The notes under the pieces: generated by a model | Told to the model about the DNA's origin: nothing | The model's input: the letters and a program-made list of their open reading frames with translations, nothing else | Databases searched by the model: none | Assembly: GCF_001194135.2 (NCBI RefSeq) | Contig: NC_068982.1 | Coordinates: forward strand, 119,225,753-119,289,752 | Source of the DNA: Octopus bimaculoides | Taxonomy: Eukaryota | Direction: 5' to 3' | DNA: 64,000 nucleotides | Part shown: one piece after another, positions 41,711 through 54,340 of the stretch | How positions within the stretch are numbered: the first letter of the stretch is position 1 | Layout of the letters: every line of letters starts with the position of its first letter | Translations under genes and position numbers: made by a program

Positions 41711-41793
41711 TTAGCAACAAACAAAATGAGGACAAATATCCGTCAAATGTAAATAGTGTACATAATTCCTCATCTCTTAAATATAAAACTGTA
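41711..41793 (+). mobile_element. 3'-tail-only copy of the hammerhead-bearing element (family 3)
   Basis: ttagcaacaaacaaaatgaggacaaatatccgtcaaatgtaaatagtgtacataattcctcatctcttaaatataaaactgta matches 42275-42330 and 51563-51625. Confidence 0.8.
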
Positions 41794-42051
41794 GTACATA
41801 CATATATACATACAAACAGATGATATATATGTACTCATGTATAGATATATGTTTTAGAAAAAAAAATCGCAAAGCAACGAGATACTTCGGAATACCTGTG
41901 AATGATATGTATTCTCTATAGCCTTAAATCCAATAATTCTTTGCGTGAGGATTATCTCCTCGAAGAAATTGTCCTGTTGTTGTCATTTATTCATTCTGGG
42001 TTGCAATAAACCTTTATTACAAATTGAACGTTGGAGGGAAATGCCTACGAC

Positions 42052-42131
42052 ATATGGCGTAGTGGTTAAGAGCGCGGGATAGTAACCCCGAGATTCCGAG
42101 TTCGATTCCAGGCAGTGACGTGAATAATAAA

Positions 42132-42166
<35 letters not shown>

Positions 42167-42332
42167 CAACAACAACAACAATATCAAAAAATACCTTATG
42201 AATGAGAACCCTGGATCGAAATTTCTCCAAGCCACCTGATGAAGGCTGGAGGGAATATCAGCCAAAATGCTGTGTTAACAACAAACAAGATGAGGACAAA
42301 TATCCGTCAATTGTAAATAATGTAAATAATGT
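42052..42332 (+). mobile_element. tRNA-headed SINE-like element (family 3) with a hammerhead-like motif in its 3' half
   Basis: Box A TGGCGTAGTGG 42055-42065, box B GTTCGATTCC 42100-42109, (AAT)n/(AAC)n spacer, then a tail homologous to 51418-51560. Confidence 0.8.
42231..42276 (+). ncRNA. Degenerate minimal type I hammerhead ribozyme motif
   Basis: gccac CTGATGA a GGCTG(gagggaatat)CAGCC aaa atgc t gtgtt; core CUGAUGA and stem II intact; G12 and the stem III palindrome mutated. Confidence 0.55.
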
Positions 42333-42711
42333 AAACAAGTATGTATGTATGTATGTATGTAGGTAGGTACGTATGTCTACGTTAGCGCTTCTATGCATGT
42401 GATCATACAAAAATACGCGTGTTCGGCTGGCTGTTGTTATAGTTGTGTAAAGTGGCATACAATATCATACGTACTCTCCACTATGATACAGGATTTTACC
42501 ATAGTTATTAGGCAATAACTGTTCTTGACATATTCATTTAATGTTTATTAAACTTCAGAATTTGTAGCGATTTATACAATCTTATTACTGGTGAAAACAT
42601 TAAACGAGTGTAAACACCGAAAGAAACACGAAAACAGACTCTTACAAATATACATGTATGAGGGAAATTTTCACACATGTACGCAAACATGCACACTCAT
42701 CCATGTGTATG

Positions 42712-42752
<41 letters not shown>

Positions 42753-43768
42753 NNNNNNNNNNNNNNNNNNNNNNNNNNNNNNNNNNNNNNNNNNNNNNNN
42801 NNNNNNNNNNNNNNNNNNNNNNNNNNNNNNNNNNNNNNNNNNNNNNNNNNNNNNNNNNNNNNNNNNNNNNNNNNNNNNNNNNNNNNNNNNNNNNNNNNNN
42901 NNNNNNNNNNNNNNNNNNNNNNNNNNNNNNNNNNNNNNNNNNNNNNNNNNNNNNNNNNNNNNNNNNNNNNNNNNNNNNNNNNNNNNNNNNNNNNNNNNNN
43001 NNNNNNNNNNNNNNNNNNNNNNNNNNNNNNNNNNNNNNNNNNNNNNNNNNNNNNNNNNNNNNNNNNNNNNNNNNNNNNNNNNNNNNNNNNNNNNNNNNNN
43101 NNNNNNNNNNNNNNNNNNNNNNNNNNNNNNNNNNNNNNNNNNNNNNNNNNNNNNNNNNNNNNNNNNNNNNNNNNNNNNNNNNNNNNNNNNNNNNNNNNNN
43201 NNNNNNNNNNNNNNNNNNNNNNNNNNNNNNNNNNNNNNNNNNNNNNNNNNNNNNNNNNNNNNNNNNNNNNNNNNNNNNNNNNNNNNNNNNNNNNNNNNNN
43301 NNNNNNNNTATATATATATATATATGCATGGTAATGAATATTTAGTTGCTTGTATAGTTGTTGGGATTGTTTTATAATTAACATAATTAAGCTATAGTCC
43401 TGTGATAAATACATTTATTTTTTAATGGTGCATTTATTATTTGTACCTTAATATCTGATGTGCAGTTATTTTATATATTCCTTAATTACCGAATATTCGA
43501 ACAGTTCCCCAAAATTCGTTATTTCATAAATTAGTAACGAGGGAATATGTTTTAGTAATAAATACGGTGTTGTTTCAAATAAAACGTACATTGTGTGCGT
43601 ATGCGTGTGTGTGTGCGTGTGCGCGCGTATGCGTGTAGATGTATTTTATTTTTAATCGGCAGGTGTTATAGTCACACAGCACATCCATACACCCATATAC
43701 ACATATTCACATGTAAATATGCTTATATACGGGTGTGAATGTGTGACTGTATAATAAGCGAAATTGTG

Positions 43769-43805
<37 letters not shown>

Positions 43806-43869
43806 GTCTATCTATCTATCTGTCTATATATATTTACGATATTTTAGTCTATTTGCGATATTTTAAATA

Positions 43870-45390
43870 GACTAAATGATGCCCTTGCCATCTTAGTGTT
43901 GCCTGCATCGAGAGTGGATTCAGGGTTTGTAGAGACACTGTGGATCTGGTTTTAACAGCTGCAGAAAAATGCTCGTGAACACAACTGAGACCACTTTGTC
44001 AATTTTGTACATCTAGCTAAAGCTTTCGACACCGTATCTTTTGGTTGTCCTTAGAAAGCTAAGTGCTCCAAAATAGATACTCATTGTCATAAGTTCTTTC
44101 TATGAAGGATGATAATTTATGTCAGATCTAGCGGGGAAGTGTCCAGTTCAGTCACAGTCTCAGATGGGACAAAACAAGGCTGTGTTCTTACACCACTCCT
44201 ATTTGTTATGTATTTCACCGTCATGTTGGAAACAGCTATCGAGTGTGTTAAAGAAGGAGTGTAGTTTGAGCACAGAATTAGCGGTGGCTTGTTGAACCAA
44301 CAGCGATTCAAAACAAAAACGAAGACTTTGGAGCAAACAGTTCGACATGTGCACTCCGCAGACGATTGTGCGCTTGTAATTCACACTCTTGAGGAAATTC
44401 AATGCTTTCAAAACAAATCACCGCTTGCATCGAAGGCCTTTGATCTGACCATCAGCATAAAGAAAAATGCGCTTGTCCATTAGTCCATTCATGACCATCT
44501 TCCAGCTGTTGCGCCTATGGTCCTATGTGTTGGTGGGAAATCATTAAAAACTGTTTCCTCCTTCACTTATCATTGTTCTATTGTTTCCAATGATGCGAAA
44601 AGGGAAAACAAAATCGAGTCCAGAATCGGGAAGACTAGCTCCGCTTTCGATACCCTTTATCATAAGCTATAGAACAGCCACGACGTATTGTTGAAGGGGA
44701 AATCTAATGTATATAAGTCGTTCGTCTTGACAACATTACTTTGTGGTGATGAGTCTTAGGCTGTGTACTGAAAGCACATCAATGAGCTTGATGCTTTTCG
44801 TATGCGATGCTTGCCTGCTATCTCCAGCATAAAAGCGAGCGAACATATTCATAATAGTGTGGTACTTACGAAATGCTTACAAAATACATCATGTATTGAG
44901 CCATCCTCATCAAAATACAACTTAGATGATTAGGTCATGTCTCACGTATGACTGATATCAAAGCAACTTCTCTTTGACCAATTCTTAATAAGAAGGTCAT
45001 TTGGTAGACCACTATTGCGCTTCAAAGACAAACTGAAACGATGCAACATTCCCCTTACCTCCTGGAAAACAAAGCATCAGAACACAGGATCTGGTGCCAG
45101 TCCTGCTTTTCCTCAGTTCGAAAATTTGAATAAAATCGATTCCTACACCGAAACCAACTTCGTGCAAGCACGAAAGCACGCTGGCAGAACACTTCTCTTC
45201 TAAATGGAAAACTTACCTGTCATTACAGTTTTGTGGCACGAAGCAAATTAGGTCCAGCCGTCTAATAAAAAAAAGCACATAGTAAATAATCCACAGGCAC
45301 CCAAGCAAACTGAGTCCTCAACTTGTTCTATTTGCCAAAAGGTTTGCAAGGCACCAGCAGGCCTCAACAACTCATTTGTCGTCTACGATA
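43870..45390 (+). mobile_element. RTE-clade (BovB-like) LINE, RT to C-terminus, decayed
   Basis: LAKAFDTV, KQGCVLTPLLFVMYF, SADDCAL, YKSFVLTTLLCG, GRPLLRFKDKLK and a terminal TCSICQKVCK motif. Confidence 0.9.
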
Positions 45391-45402
45391 AGAGAATCTA
45401 TC

Positions 45403-45441
<39 letters not shown>

Positions 45442-46339
45442 GTATGTATGTATGTATGATGAATGTGTATTTGTTCTCTTAAGCATCAGCTGAAGAAACC
45501 TATATCAACGTGACGATGATACGTCTTTCCTTTTAATATTTAGTTGTTTTATGAATTAATATCCCTTCCATGTACACTCAAAATATCTTTCGGCCATTAG
45601 ATTTACACGTTATATTTGTCCGTGTTCGGTGGTGTAAATATGATGGAGACCTACTTTTTTGATCTTACAAGATATGGGATACAATACAATCAAGCGAAGT
45701 AAAAATGAATCCCAATGTTCGGGATCAAAGATTCTATCCCATACGGTGCGTGATGTATGGGGTTTGGAATTGGGTTGTTTGTGCAATTGATAGCGAGAGT
45801 GCTTGGAGAATGGTGCGAGAATATATTTCACATTATATAAATGACGTACCGTTTAGGGAATATTGACATATATGAACCAATCTTCTGAAAACGTCAAATG
45901 ATTCAAGGACCATTCATATGTTTTACTACTTCGTGGCAATGTTCAATAATAATTATATCTTCTAAATGTGGTAAAAAATCACAGAATGTTCAGTAAATCA
46001 TTTCGAACTAAGGAATGGTGTACCTATTATGTAACGATAGTAGGTACTGTGATAAGATTTTTGGTAAAAATGGCAGGAAATCGGCCACAATACTTACCTA
46101 ATGTGGTTTTTATATATTGGCCATGGACACAATGATAACCATATCTTAGATCCACCTTTAAAGATCAGAGTCTACGTATGAGTATGTAACTCGTAGCACT
46201 TTTAGCAGCGAAATTATGAAATAAATCGTAGTAAGTACTTGTGTACCTTCAATTTTCAATTTCTAATGCTAAAATGTTCAATGTTTGTTTCATTTCTCTT
46301 TAGTCAATTAATATGTATCAACCAAAAAATTTGGCGTAC

Positions 46340-47261
46340 TTACATATATATAACCCGCTGTTGTATCTGATTTTGTTCCATATGTGAAATACTTTCCACA
46401 AACAAAAGCTTAGTGCATTATTACTGGCATGGAAGTAACACTTTCGCTTCCAGATAACTAATTAAAATGTTAATCCGATATTTGTACTTAATTATTTACC
46501 TTTATAAACTGAAATAATTAAAAGTTGAATTAGTTTGTTTCTTTCCAAAACAAAGCAATGACTTGCTTGAGAAACTAAAAATAAATTAATACAAGTGGAA
46601 TATTTGGGGGGAAATTATATTTGATAACTTTGAAATAGTTTGCAATACTATTTGATAACTTTGAAATAGTTAGCAATATTAAATTATCGACGCGTTTAAA
46701 ACTCAAGAAATTCGAGAAGGAAATCAAGTAGAAATTAAGTTTAAATACCTACTCACTGAAGTCTCTATAAATCAACCGGCTACTATTTAGCGTACACAAG
46801 TTTTAGCATATTTAATTCAGATTAAATATGCTGAATTTTGTGTACGTTAAATAGTAGCCGCTTGAATCTTAGAGACTTCAGTGAGTAGGTATTTAAACTT
46901 AATTTCTATTTGATTTCCTTTTCGAATTTCTTGAGTTTTAAACGCATCGATAGTTTAGTATTGCAAACTATTTCAAAGTTATCAAATATATTTACTCCAA
47001 ATATTCCACTTGTGTTATTTTATTTTTAGCTTCTCAAGCAAGACATTGCTTTGTTTTGGAAAGAAACAAACTAATTCAACTTATAATTATTTCAGTTTAT
47101 AAAGGTAAATAATTAAGTACAAATATCGGATTAATATTTTAAATTATCTGAAAGCGAAAGTGTTACTTCCATGTCGGTATTAATGCACTAAGCTTTTGTT
47201 TATGGAAAGTATTTCACATATGGAACAAAACCAGATATAGCAGCGGGTTATATATATGTAA
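46340..47261. mobile_element. 922-bp foldback palindrome with a 4-nt loop
   Basis: Arms 46340-46816 and 46821-47261 are reverse complements (ttacatatatataacccgctg...cagcgggttatatatatgtaa); loop tcag 46817-46820; a ~31-bp tandem duplication is present only in the left arm (~46618-46680). Confidence 0.92.
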
Positions 47262-48449
47262 CCCGTTGTGAAATTATTTTGGGATTTGCGCCAAATATTG
47301 TGGCTAGTTTAGCGAAGTCTTAAATGATCTATCAGTGGTACACGTGACATTGATTTTTTATTCAGTTCTTTGACTTTGCATAAGTTTTTATTGAAAAATT
47401 ATATATTATCATGCACTATTAATGAAGGGATACGTTCTAAAGCTTTGCAAATTAGTACTATAAAAGAAAGTGTCATTTTATTTATATGCAAAATAGAATT
47501 TAGTATATAATACTTTTCCTAAAACGTACTAAAATATATATCGTATGCCTGTAACTAACCCTAATGAACTGTACAAATTTAATAGAAAGAATGCGTTGCA
47601 ATGCGTATCTAGAATAATATGTAGTTGGTTGAGTTTTAGCACTACTCCTGTTGCATGATTTTAAAATAAGATGAATTTCCCCTATGCTTCAACAATTATG
47701 CAATAGAACGAATTTTCTTCTATACTACAAGCAATATCAAAATAGAATTTTCGTCTTAATTGGTGCGATCAATCTATCGATCTGCATTCAGAGAACTGCC
47801 TTAAAGGATCTGAAGCAAAAACAGCATATATCACCAAATCTATAATAAACAAAAACAATACAAAAAAAAGTATCCATAACAAATCGAAAGAAAAGATTAA
47901 TACATCAAGAATAAAAATATACAAGAAAACAATTGCAAGTGAAAATACCTTATTCTACATAAAATTTTAAAATACAAGTAAGAAATAACCTCCAACAAAT
48001 GCCAACCACATTTTGAATAAAGAAAACATCAACAATAGAAGCACCAAAGAACAATGTAAAACAAAAGATGCAACAAAATTTAAAAAATCTAACACACCAA
48101 TAACAATTATATTTAACAATAACTCGGCTAGGAAAACAACAGCACCACCAGTGAACATAGCTTATCTGTATTATAATTGATATCAAATAGAAACCAAAAA
48201 GTTTAGAGTTGAAATAATCATTCCTAGACAATTACACAACAGCTATTTCTTTCATTATCAAACACGTGAAGGTTACGAAACAATTATCGTATCGATTTCA
48301 AGCAATTCGATCACATCAGCAATATTTTACACATTTTGTAACCTTTCCCTGGAATAATATTTTATATTTGAAGCAAACAAATGAAATTTTACAGAATTCA
48401 ATTTCCAAGATACTGAGGATATTCATATACATATTTTTGAGATGGCAAA

Positions 48450-48635
48450 ATCGTTAGCACGAATAAAACGTTTAACAGCATTTGGTTCTGAGTTCAAATA
48501 CTCCAGAGGTCGACTTTCTCTTTCATCCATTCGGTGTCGATGAAATAAGTACCAGTTGAGTATTGGAGTCGATGTAATAAATTTACTCCACCCTCCAAAC
48601 TGTTGGCATTGTGCCAACATTTTAAAGCAATATTT
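48450..48635 (+). mobile_element. SINE family 2
   Basis: ctgagttcaaat box B-like motif, then gtcgactttctctttcatccattcggtgtcgatgaaataagtaccagt core. Confidence 0.75.
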
Positions 48636-50111
48636 TGAACCTCCATGCAATATTAAATCATTTACGTGTGATTATGTATGTGTGTGTATAAATGTCTATA
48701 TGCATGTGTGTTTGTGCGTATGCATGTATAGCAAACAACATAAACTCTAAACAAAAAATATGCATAAAAATAACATCAGCTTACACTTTCTTATGATTGT
48801 GGAGAAAGAGTAGAAGCGAAGATAAAGTAAGAAAGTAAAAAAAAAAAACAAGAGACAACTGAGAAATCTTTTCCACAATAAAGAATCCTTGTTGTACTGG
48901 GCTAAATATTTGGACGCTGGCGAGTCGGATATGTGAAACAGGCCAATGACGTATTTTCTGGTGGAAGAGCAATAGAACGACAGTGATGTGAGTATTTGCG
49001 CATATATGTATTTGTGTATAAATAGCATGGAGAAGAGGCATGTGTTTATGTTTGTGTAATTCTAATGTATGCACAACTTCGAGTGCGATCGCAGAATTGT
49101 GCTTGTCATATTGTATTGTGTCTGTGCTTATGTGACTCTTTAAGTGCTTAATACCTGAAGGGACAACAATGGGATGGACAGTCCACAGACGTCGACATTT
49201 TGCGTGAATGTGTGCATGTGTATACATGTGTTTGCATGATTCTATTTCATGTAAACGTTTCTGTTCGTAGATGTTGAGTGGAATCCAGAAATGAGTAGGC
49301 AAACTGAAATGTGGATATGTATTTTTTGAATTAATATACGTTATCTTATTAATGGTGGAACGTGTGTGGGTGAGTCTTTAGTCTCCGTGATATGTGTTTA
49401 TAGTAGAATTTCGATGAACATTGAGGGTGAACAGAGGCCGAATAGGTGTGCTTTAGGGAAGACTAAATAAATCGCAACCGTAATATGTATTGAAGAGTTC
49501 ATTTTGAATTCTTGATTTCTTCAATTTCGTCAATCGGCACATAAAATGGATCCAAAGTGGGTTAGTATTCCTCTCGTACAAATTTAATCTCGTGCAAGCA
49601 CTATATTCGACCGATCTTGGTCATGTGATTGATAAGCTTTAATAATGTTGAAGATTAAATACAGAGTAATCGATGTAATCCAAATATGAGTTCAAATAAC
49701 AAAGGCATTTCAAATAATTGAACTTATTGAAGTAATAACATTTCATAAAAGTTGAAACGTTATTATCGCAGAATGTTATAGGATGACAATCTAATATTTC
49801 TAAGGCAGAGGTCGTTAAACTTTGCGTATGTGTACGTGTTATTCTGGCTGAGTGTGCTGTTGTGTGTGTGTATACATTTGTATACAAACACACACATAAA
49901 CACACACATACGTACGCAAACACACATACACACACACAAACGTACATATATGTACTTATATAGAACGTTCTCAGTTCAAATTTCACCGAAGTTTACTTTG
50001 CAATTCATGCTTGTGGGCTCGATAAAATAAGCACCACTTAAGTACTGTATTCTATGGAATCGGCTAGCTCCTTCCCACAAACCCATAATACCTGACTTTC
50101 CGTCTATACTA

Positions 50112-50144
<33 letters not shown>

Positions 50145-51417
50145 NNNNNNNNNNNNNNNNNNNNNNNNNNNNNNNNNNNNNNNNNNNNNNNNNNNNNNNN
50201 NNNNNNNNNNNNNNNNNNNNNNNNNNNNNNNNNNNNNNNNNNNNNNNNNNNNNNNNNNNNNNNNNNNNNNNNNNNNNNNNNNNNNNNNNNNNNNNNNNNN
50301 NNNNNNNNNNNNNNNNNNNNNNNNNNNNNNNNNNNNNNNNNNNNNNNNNNNNNNNNNNNNNNNNNNNNNNNNNNNNNNNNNNNNNNNNNNNNNNNNNNNN
50401 NNNNNNNNNNNNNNNNNNNNNNNNNNNNNNNNNNNNNNNNNNNNNNNCGTTTTATATGAGAAAACCTAAGTGTAAATATAATATCGGGGAAAGCGAGTAT
50501 TTCGAAGGAGAGATTAAAAATTTGCTCTTATCTATACAACTTGCTAAAAGCTTTCATTCAACGTTGTTTTTCAGTGACTTAATCTGTAGATGGAAGTTTT
50601 TTTTTTTTTGTTTTCTTTTTTTTATTATTATCATTTCCTGATGTTGGTCATGATATGTTTAACCAATCCTCGATTTAGGCAACGGTTTAGCCACATTGTA
50701 GCACTGCCATACTTGGTAATATTTTACCATTTGATGACAGTAAGGATAGAGTGTCAGACAAGATGTAATGTAATGCTATATCTAGTTACGGTTGTTGAAA
50801 TTCTGATTTCGTACACGAAATTTCATTTCGTTGTTTCGAGATCTTTGCAGTTTATTTAAAGTCAAAATACCGTAAGCTGTTTAAACTATGAATTCTTTTT
50901 ACTTTTAACATATGTTGCTGATAATACGGCATATCTCTTACAAGTATGAACAATTTCATACTTTCAACTAACTAAATACTTTCTAGCTTTGACAATCATA
51001 TCATTCAGAAGTACAACGAGCTCTATTGTCCTGGGAAGTTAGTGTATACATAACTGGTGTCATAACATGACATACTAAAGTCTATTTCGTATTTCGGGAC
51101 GGTCATTTGTTCTTGCCTAATAAACACACGTACTATATATTTGTTCTCCATGTGTTTATTATTGTTTTTATTTTATGTCTTTTTGTCTGAATATCTTTCG
51201 TCACACACCCTGTGACATTTTCAGCAAGTCTCCATCGCACGTGTCTCCTTTTCTGTTTAGTCCGCACCATAAAAAGTCACATACCATAGAAAGACAGAAT
51301 GAACTAAAGAAAACAGGATAAGAATCGAGGGATGGAGAGTAGCTGAAGAGGCCACAAGATGTGTAACGAAAGATTTCCAGACAATGACCATAAAATAAGA
51401 ACAATACTAAACAAAGG

Positions 51418-51625
51418 AACATTATTTACATTATTTACATTCGACGGATATTTGTCTTCATCGTGTTTGTTGTTAACACAACGTTTCGGCTGATATACAC
51501 TCCAACCTTCATCACGTGTCTTGGAGAAATTTCGAACCGGTTTCTCATTCCTAAGGTGTTTTCCGTCAATTGTAAATAATGTAAAAAATGTACATAATTC
51601 CTCATCTCTTAAGTATAGAACTGTA
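51418..51625 (-). mobile_element. Family 3 element tail with an appended inverted terminal segment
   Basis: 51418-51561 is the minus-strand homologue of 42190-42330; 51562-51625 is the element's extreme 3' end in the opposite orientation. Confidence 0.8.
51475..51520 (-). ncRNA. Minimal type I hammerhead ribozyme motif (one core substitution, C3G)
   Basis: Minus strand GACAC gTGATGA a GGTTG(gagtgtatat)CAGCC GAA ACGT T GTGTT: stem I GACAC/GTGTT, stem II GGUUG/CAGCC, palindromic stem III ACGU, predicted cleavage after GUU between 51480 and 51479. Confidence 0.65.
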
Positions 51626-52671
51626 AACAAATGAAGAACAAATATATAGTGCGCGTGTTTATTTGACAAAAACAAAACATGACTATTCGAAAATACAACA
51701 ACATGTTTCAACGCACGATTTCACATCAGGAATCTTGCAAAACAAATACATAAACGTAAAATACGAAAGTCATTGTCCTATCTCAAGTTACAGAATTTGT
51801 AAAAAATGAGAAATAATAGAAGATATAATCTCAGTGCTCGGCAAAATTTCGCAAGGATATTCCACCTCCTTCTCTCTAACTCTTTGCGTTTGAATAAATG
51901 CAGAGACTTGGTGGATGTTGAAAGCGATGGAAATAGAGAAAAGTGTGCTGCAAAAATAGGAACTGATATTCGACTAGCAAACTTTAGAATTGTTCTTTGT
52001 GCGTCCTGTCATTGGCTGTCCGTCACCCTCTCCGTATATAATTCTGTACAATGTCAGATCTCCTTTCTCTCTCTTACTCTCTTTCTGTCTGTCTGTCTGT
52101 CTGTCTCTCTGTCTCTCTCTCTCTCCCACCCCCTCTTTCTCTGTCGTTCTCCCTCTCATTGATTTCACTGTGGTTGCTATATCTAATACAATGCTTGGTG
52201 TCAACATCATCAGTTGTTAACTGGATGCCTTTAGCGGAATCCCGTTTTGGTTCTCTCCACCGTTGATCTGTGTAAGTTTATTTAAAGTGGAATTATAATG
52301 CCATTATGAATTATCTATACAGGTAATGAATGTTATTTTCGAGATAGGAGTTTTCTACTATATGCTGCTGAACTGAATGCATTCTTCAGTGGTGCAAAAT
52401 GCATGCAGATCTTAAAGCTGGAATATTTATTAAGATAGTTTTATAATTCGCTTTAATCAACTTTCGATTGAATATTTCTCACTAGGAACAACATACATAT
52501 GTGTAACTACTTGTGTGTGTGTGCTCGCTTTTGTGCGTGCTTGTGTGTGTGTGTGTGTGTAACTGTACTGAGGTATTGCACCAAACACAACTATATGTAC
52601 ATGTATGTGTGCATGCGTGTGTCTGTGTGTGCGTGTGTTTGCATGTGTGCATGTTATGCCTGCGCGCGCGC

Positions 52672-52707
<36 letters not shown>

Positions 52708-53479
52708 CTATGTATTATATATCGATGAGTTCGTGTATAATAGTATGTATTATCACAGCAGTGAAAATCTGAATTCTAAATCAAAGTAAGACTCTGGTGG
52801 CTTAGATGAGTTGTTTACATCGGACAAATTGATATGCATAATTCATCCTGGTTCTTTATTATATATACTTTAACATTCAACTTTATCTCTCTACCTTCTT
52901 CCCCAATAAATTAAGGTAGCACTGATGCACTCAGTTCAGTATGGTAGACTAAATCATTCGCCCAAATGTGTTATAATATTCAGCAACCTAAGGTAAATTA
53001 TCTGAATTTTAGTTCAGAGAAAAAGACAAAATTAAAGGAAAAATATTTATTTCAATGCAGCAAACACCATAGGGAAAAAAATCCTCAAAATCGAATGATA
53101 TCAAATTTTGCACTCAATACGTTCAAATCGATATTTTACCAACCGGAATACGTCTACACAATACATACAGTATACGTTTATAGACATGATAAAGTTCTGA
53201 ACTATTGATTAGTTTCGTAAATAATAACGATACCCTCACTACAAAGGCACTAATTTTCATATCGTCATTTTGACAGTAGATATATTAAAGGTACATAATG
53301 CCTCACATTATAAAACAATTGATGCTTTAAATAAATCAGTGTAATATAATAACGTAATAATTGAAAATGTGGTAAGCAGTACTCAGATGCACTACAACTA
53401 AAGAAGAAAAATGTAGTGCCGTGGTGACGAATTTCAGGAAGTATTGAAGTTTTGAAGGATGTAGTGTCACAACAGTTAG

Positions 53480-54340
53480 AACTGATGCATGTTGTTTATT
53501 CCGTGCTTCAACTATTCTAAACGTGAAAAAATGTTTCCGAATGTCATAGGTGCTGTGTTGTCTTTTGAATTTGTGAGCATATCCATGAGTGCTTGAAATA
53601 TGGAATTCAAAGAGGTGAACAAAACTGTTGTTGGAACGATGATGGATAATCTCGTGGGTATCTGCCAAGTCAGTTGCCAGACTGAGGAGCTTTATTCTGT
53701 CCATGCCCACGAAGGCAAGGCATTTAAAGTATGGTAGATGTCTGACAGCCGGTATTCGTTAGGTTGCACGTTTCTGAACGGTTTGCAGGCGATTGATATG
53801 CTGAGCAAGATAAAGGTTCCAAACTGGTGATGCAAACTCTAAGTGTGGGCGTACCATAGTCATATACAGCTTTAAATAGATAATTGAAGAGCGGCTGACA
53901 AATGTCGTACCGAATGATGCCAAGACATCCCCTGCCTTTTTGACAATCTTAGAGATGTGGTATGTCGAACGCAGATCGCTGTCTACAACAATACCCAGGC
54001 CACGTCCACTAACAAAAGTTTTAAGATAAATGTTGTTGAGGGAGTATGTAAAAGCTGGGCTTATCGATGTGTAAATTTTACAGAGGTTATACAACTTGAT
54101 GAAGAAGGTACACCTGGATTTTCAATAGTACAAATACCAGAATAGGATTGAGCAATGAGTTCAGCGTTTTCTTTGGGATCAAATGTGACCCTACTTGTGT
54201 AGGGATCGTAGAGAAAGCCAACTAGAGAATGAGGTCTCTGCTTCGAACATACATATTTTCAGAAAACTTTCTTGTAAGGGCTAGTTGCTCTACGTTGTTC
54301 AAAGTCAAGCACTGCATTTTTTTTTATCGAGATGTTAGAG
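53480..54340 (-). mobile_element. CR1/L2-group LINE relic with the RT core deleted
   Basis: DPKENAELIAQSYSGICT followed directly by GLGIVVDSDL...KLYMTMVRPHLEFASPVWNLY...LQTVQKRAT...RKHFFTFRIVEARN. Confidence 0.85.

Noticed and set aside
42052-42120. tRNA gene
   Set aside because: Box A/B are present but there is no acceptor stem or terminator; it is a SINE head.
45494-45530. CTGAAGA motif after the RTE tail
   Set aside because: No GAAA core or stems.
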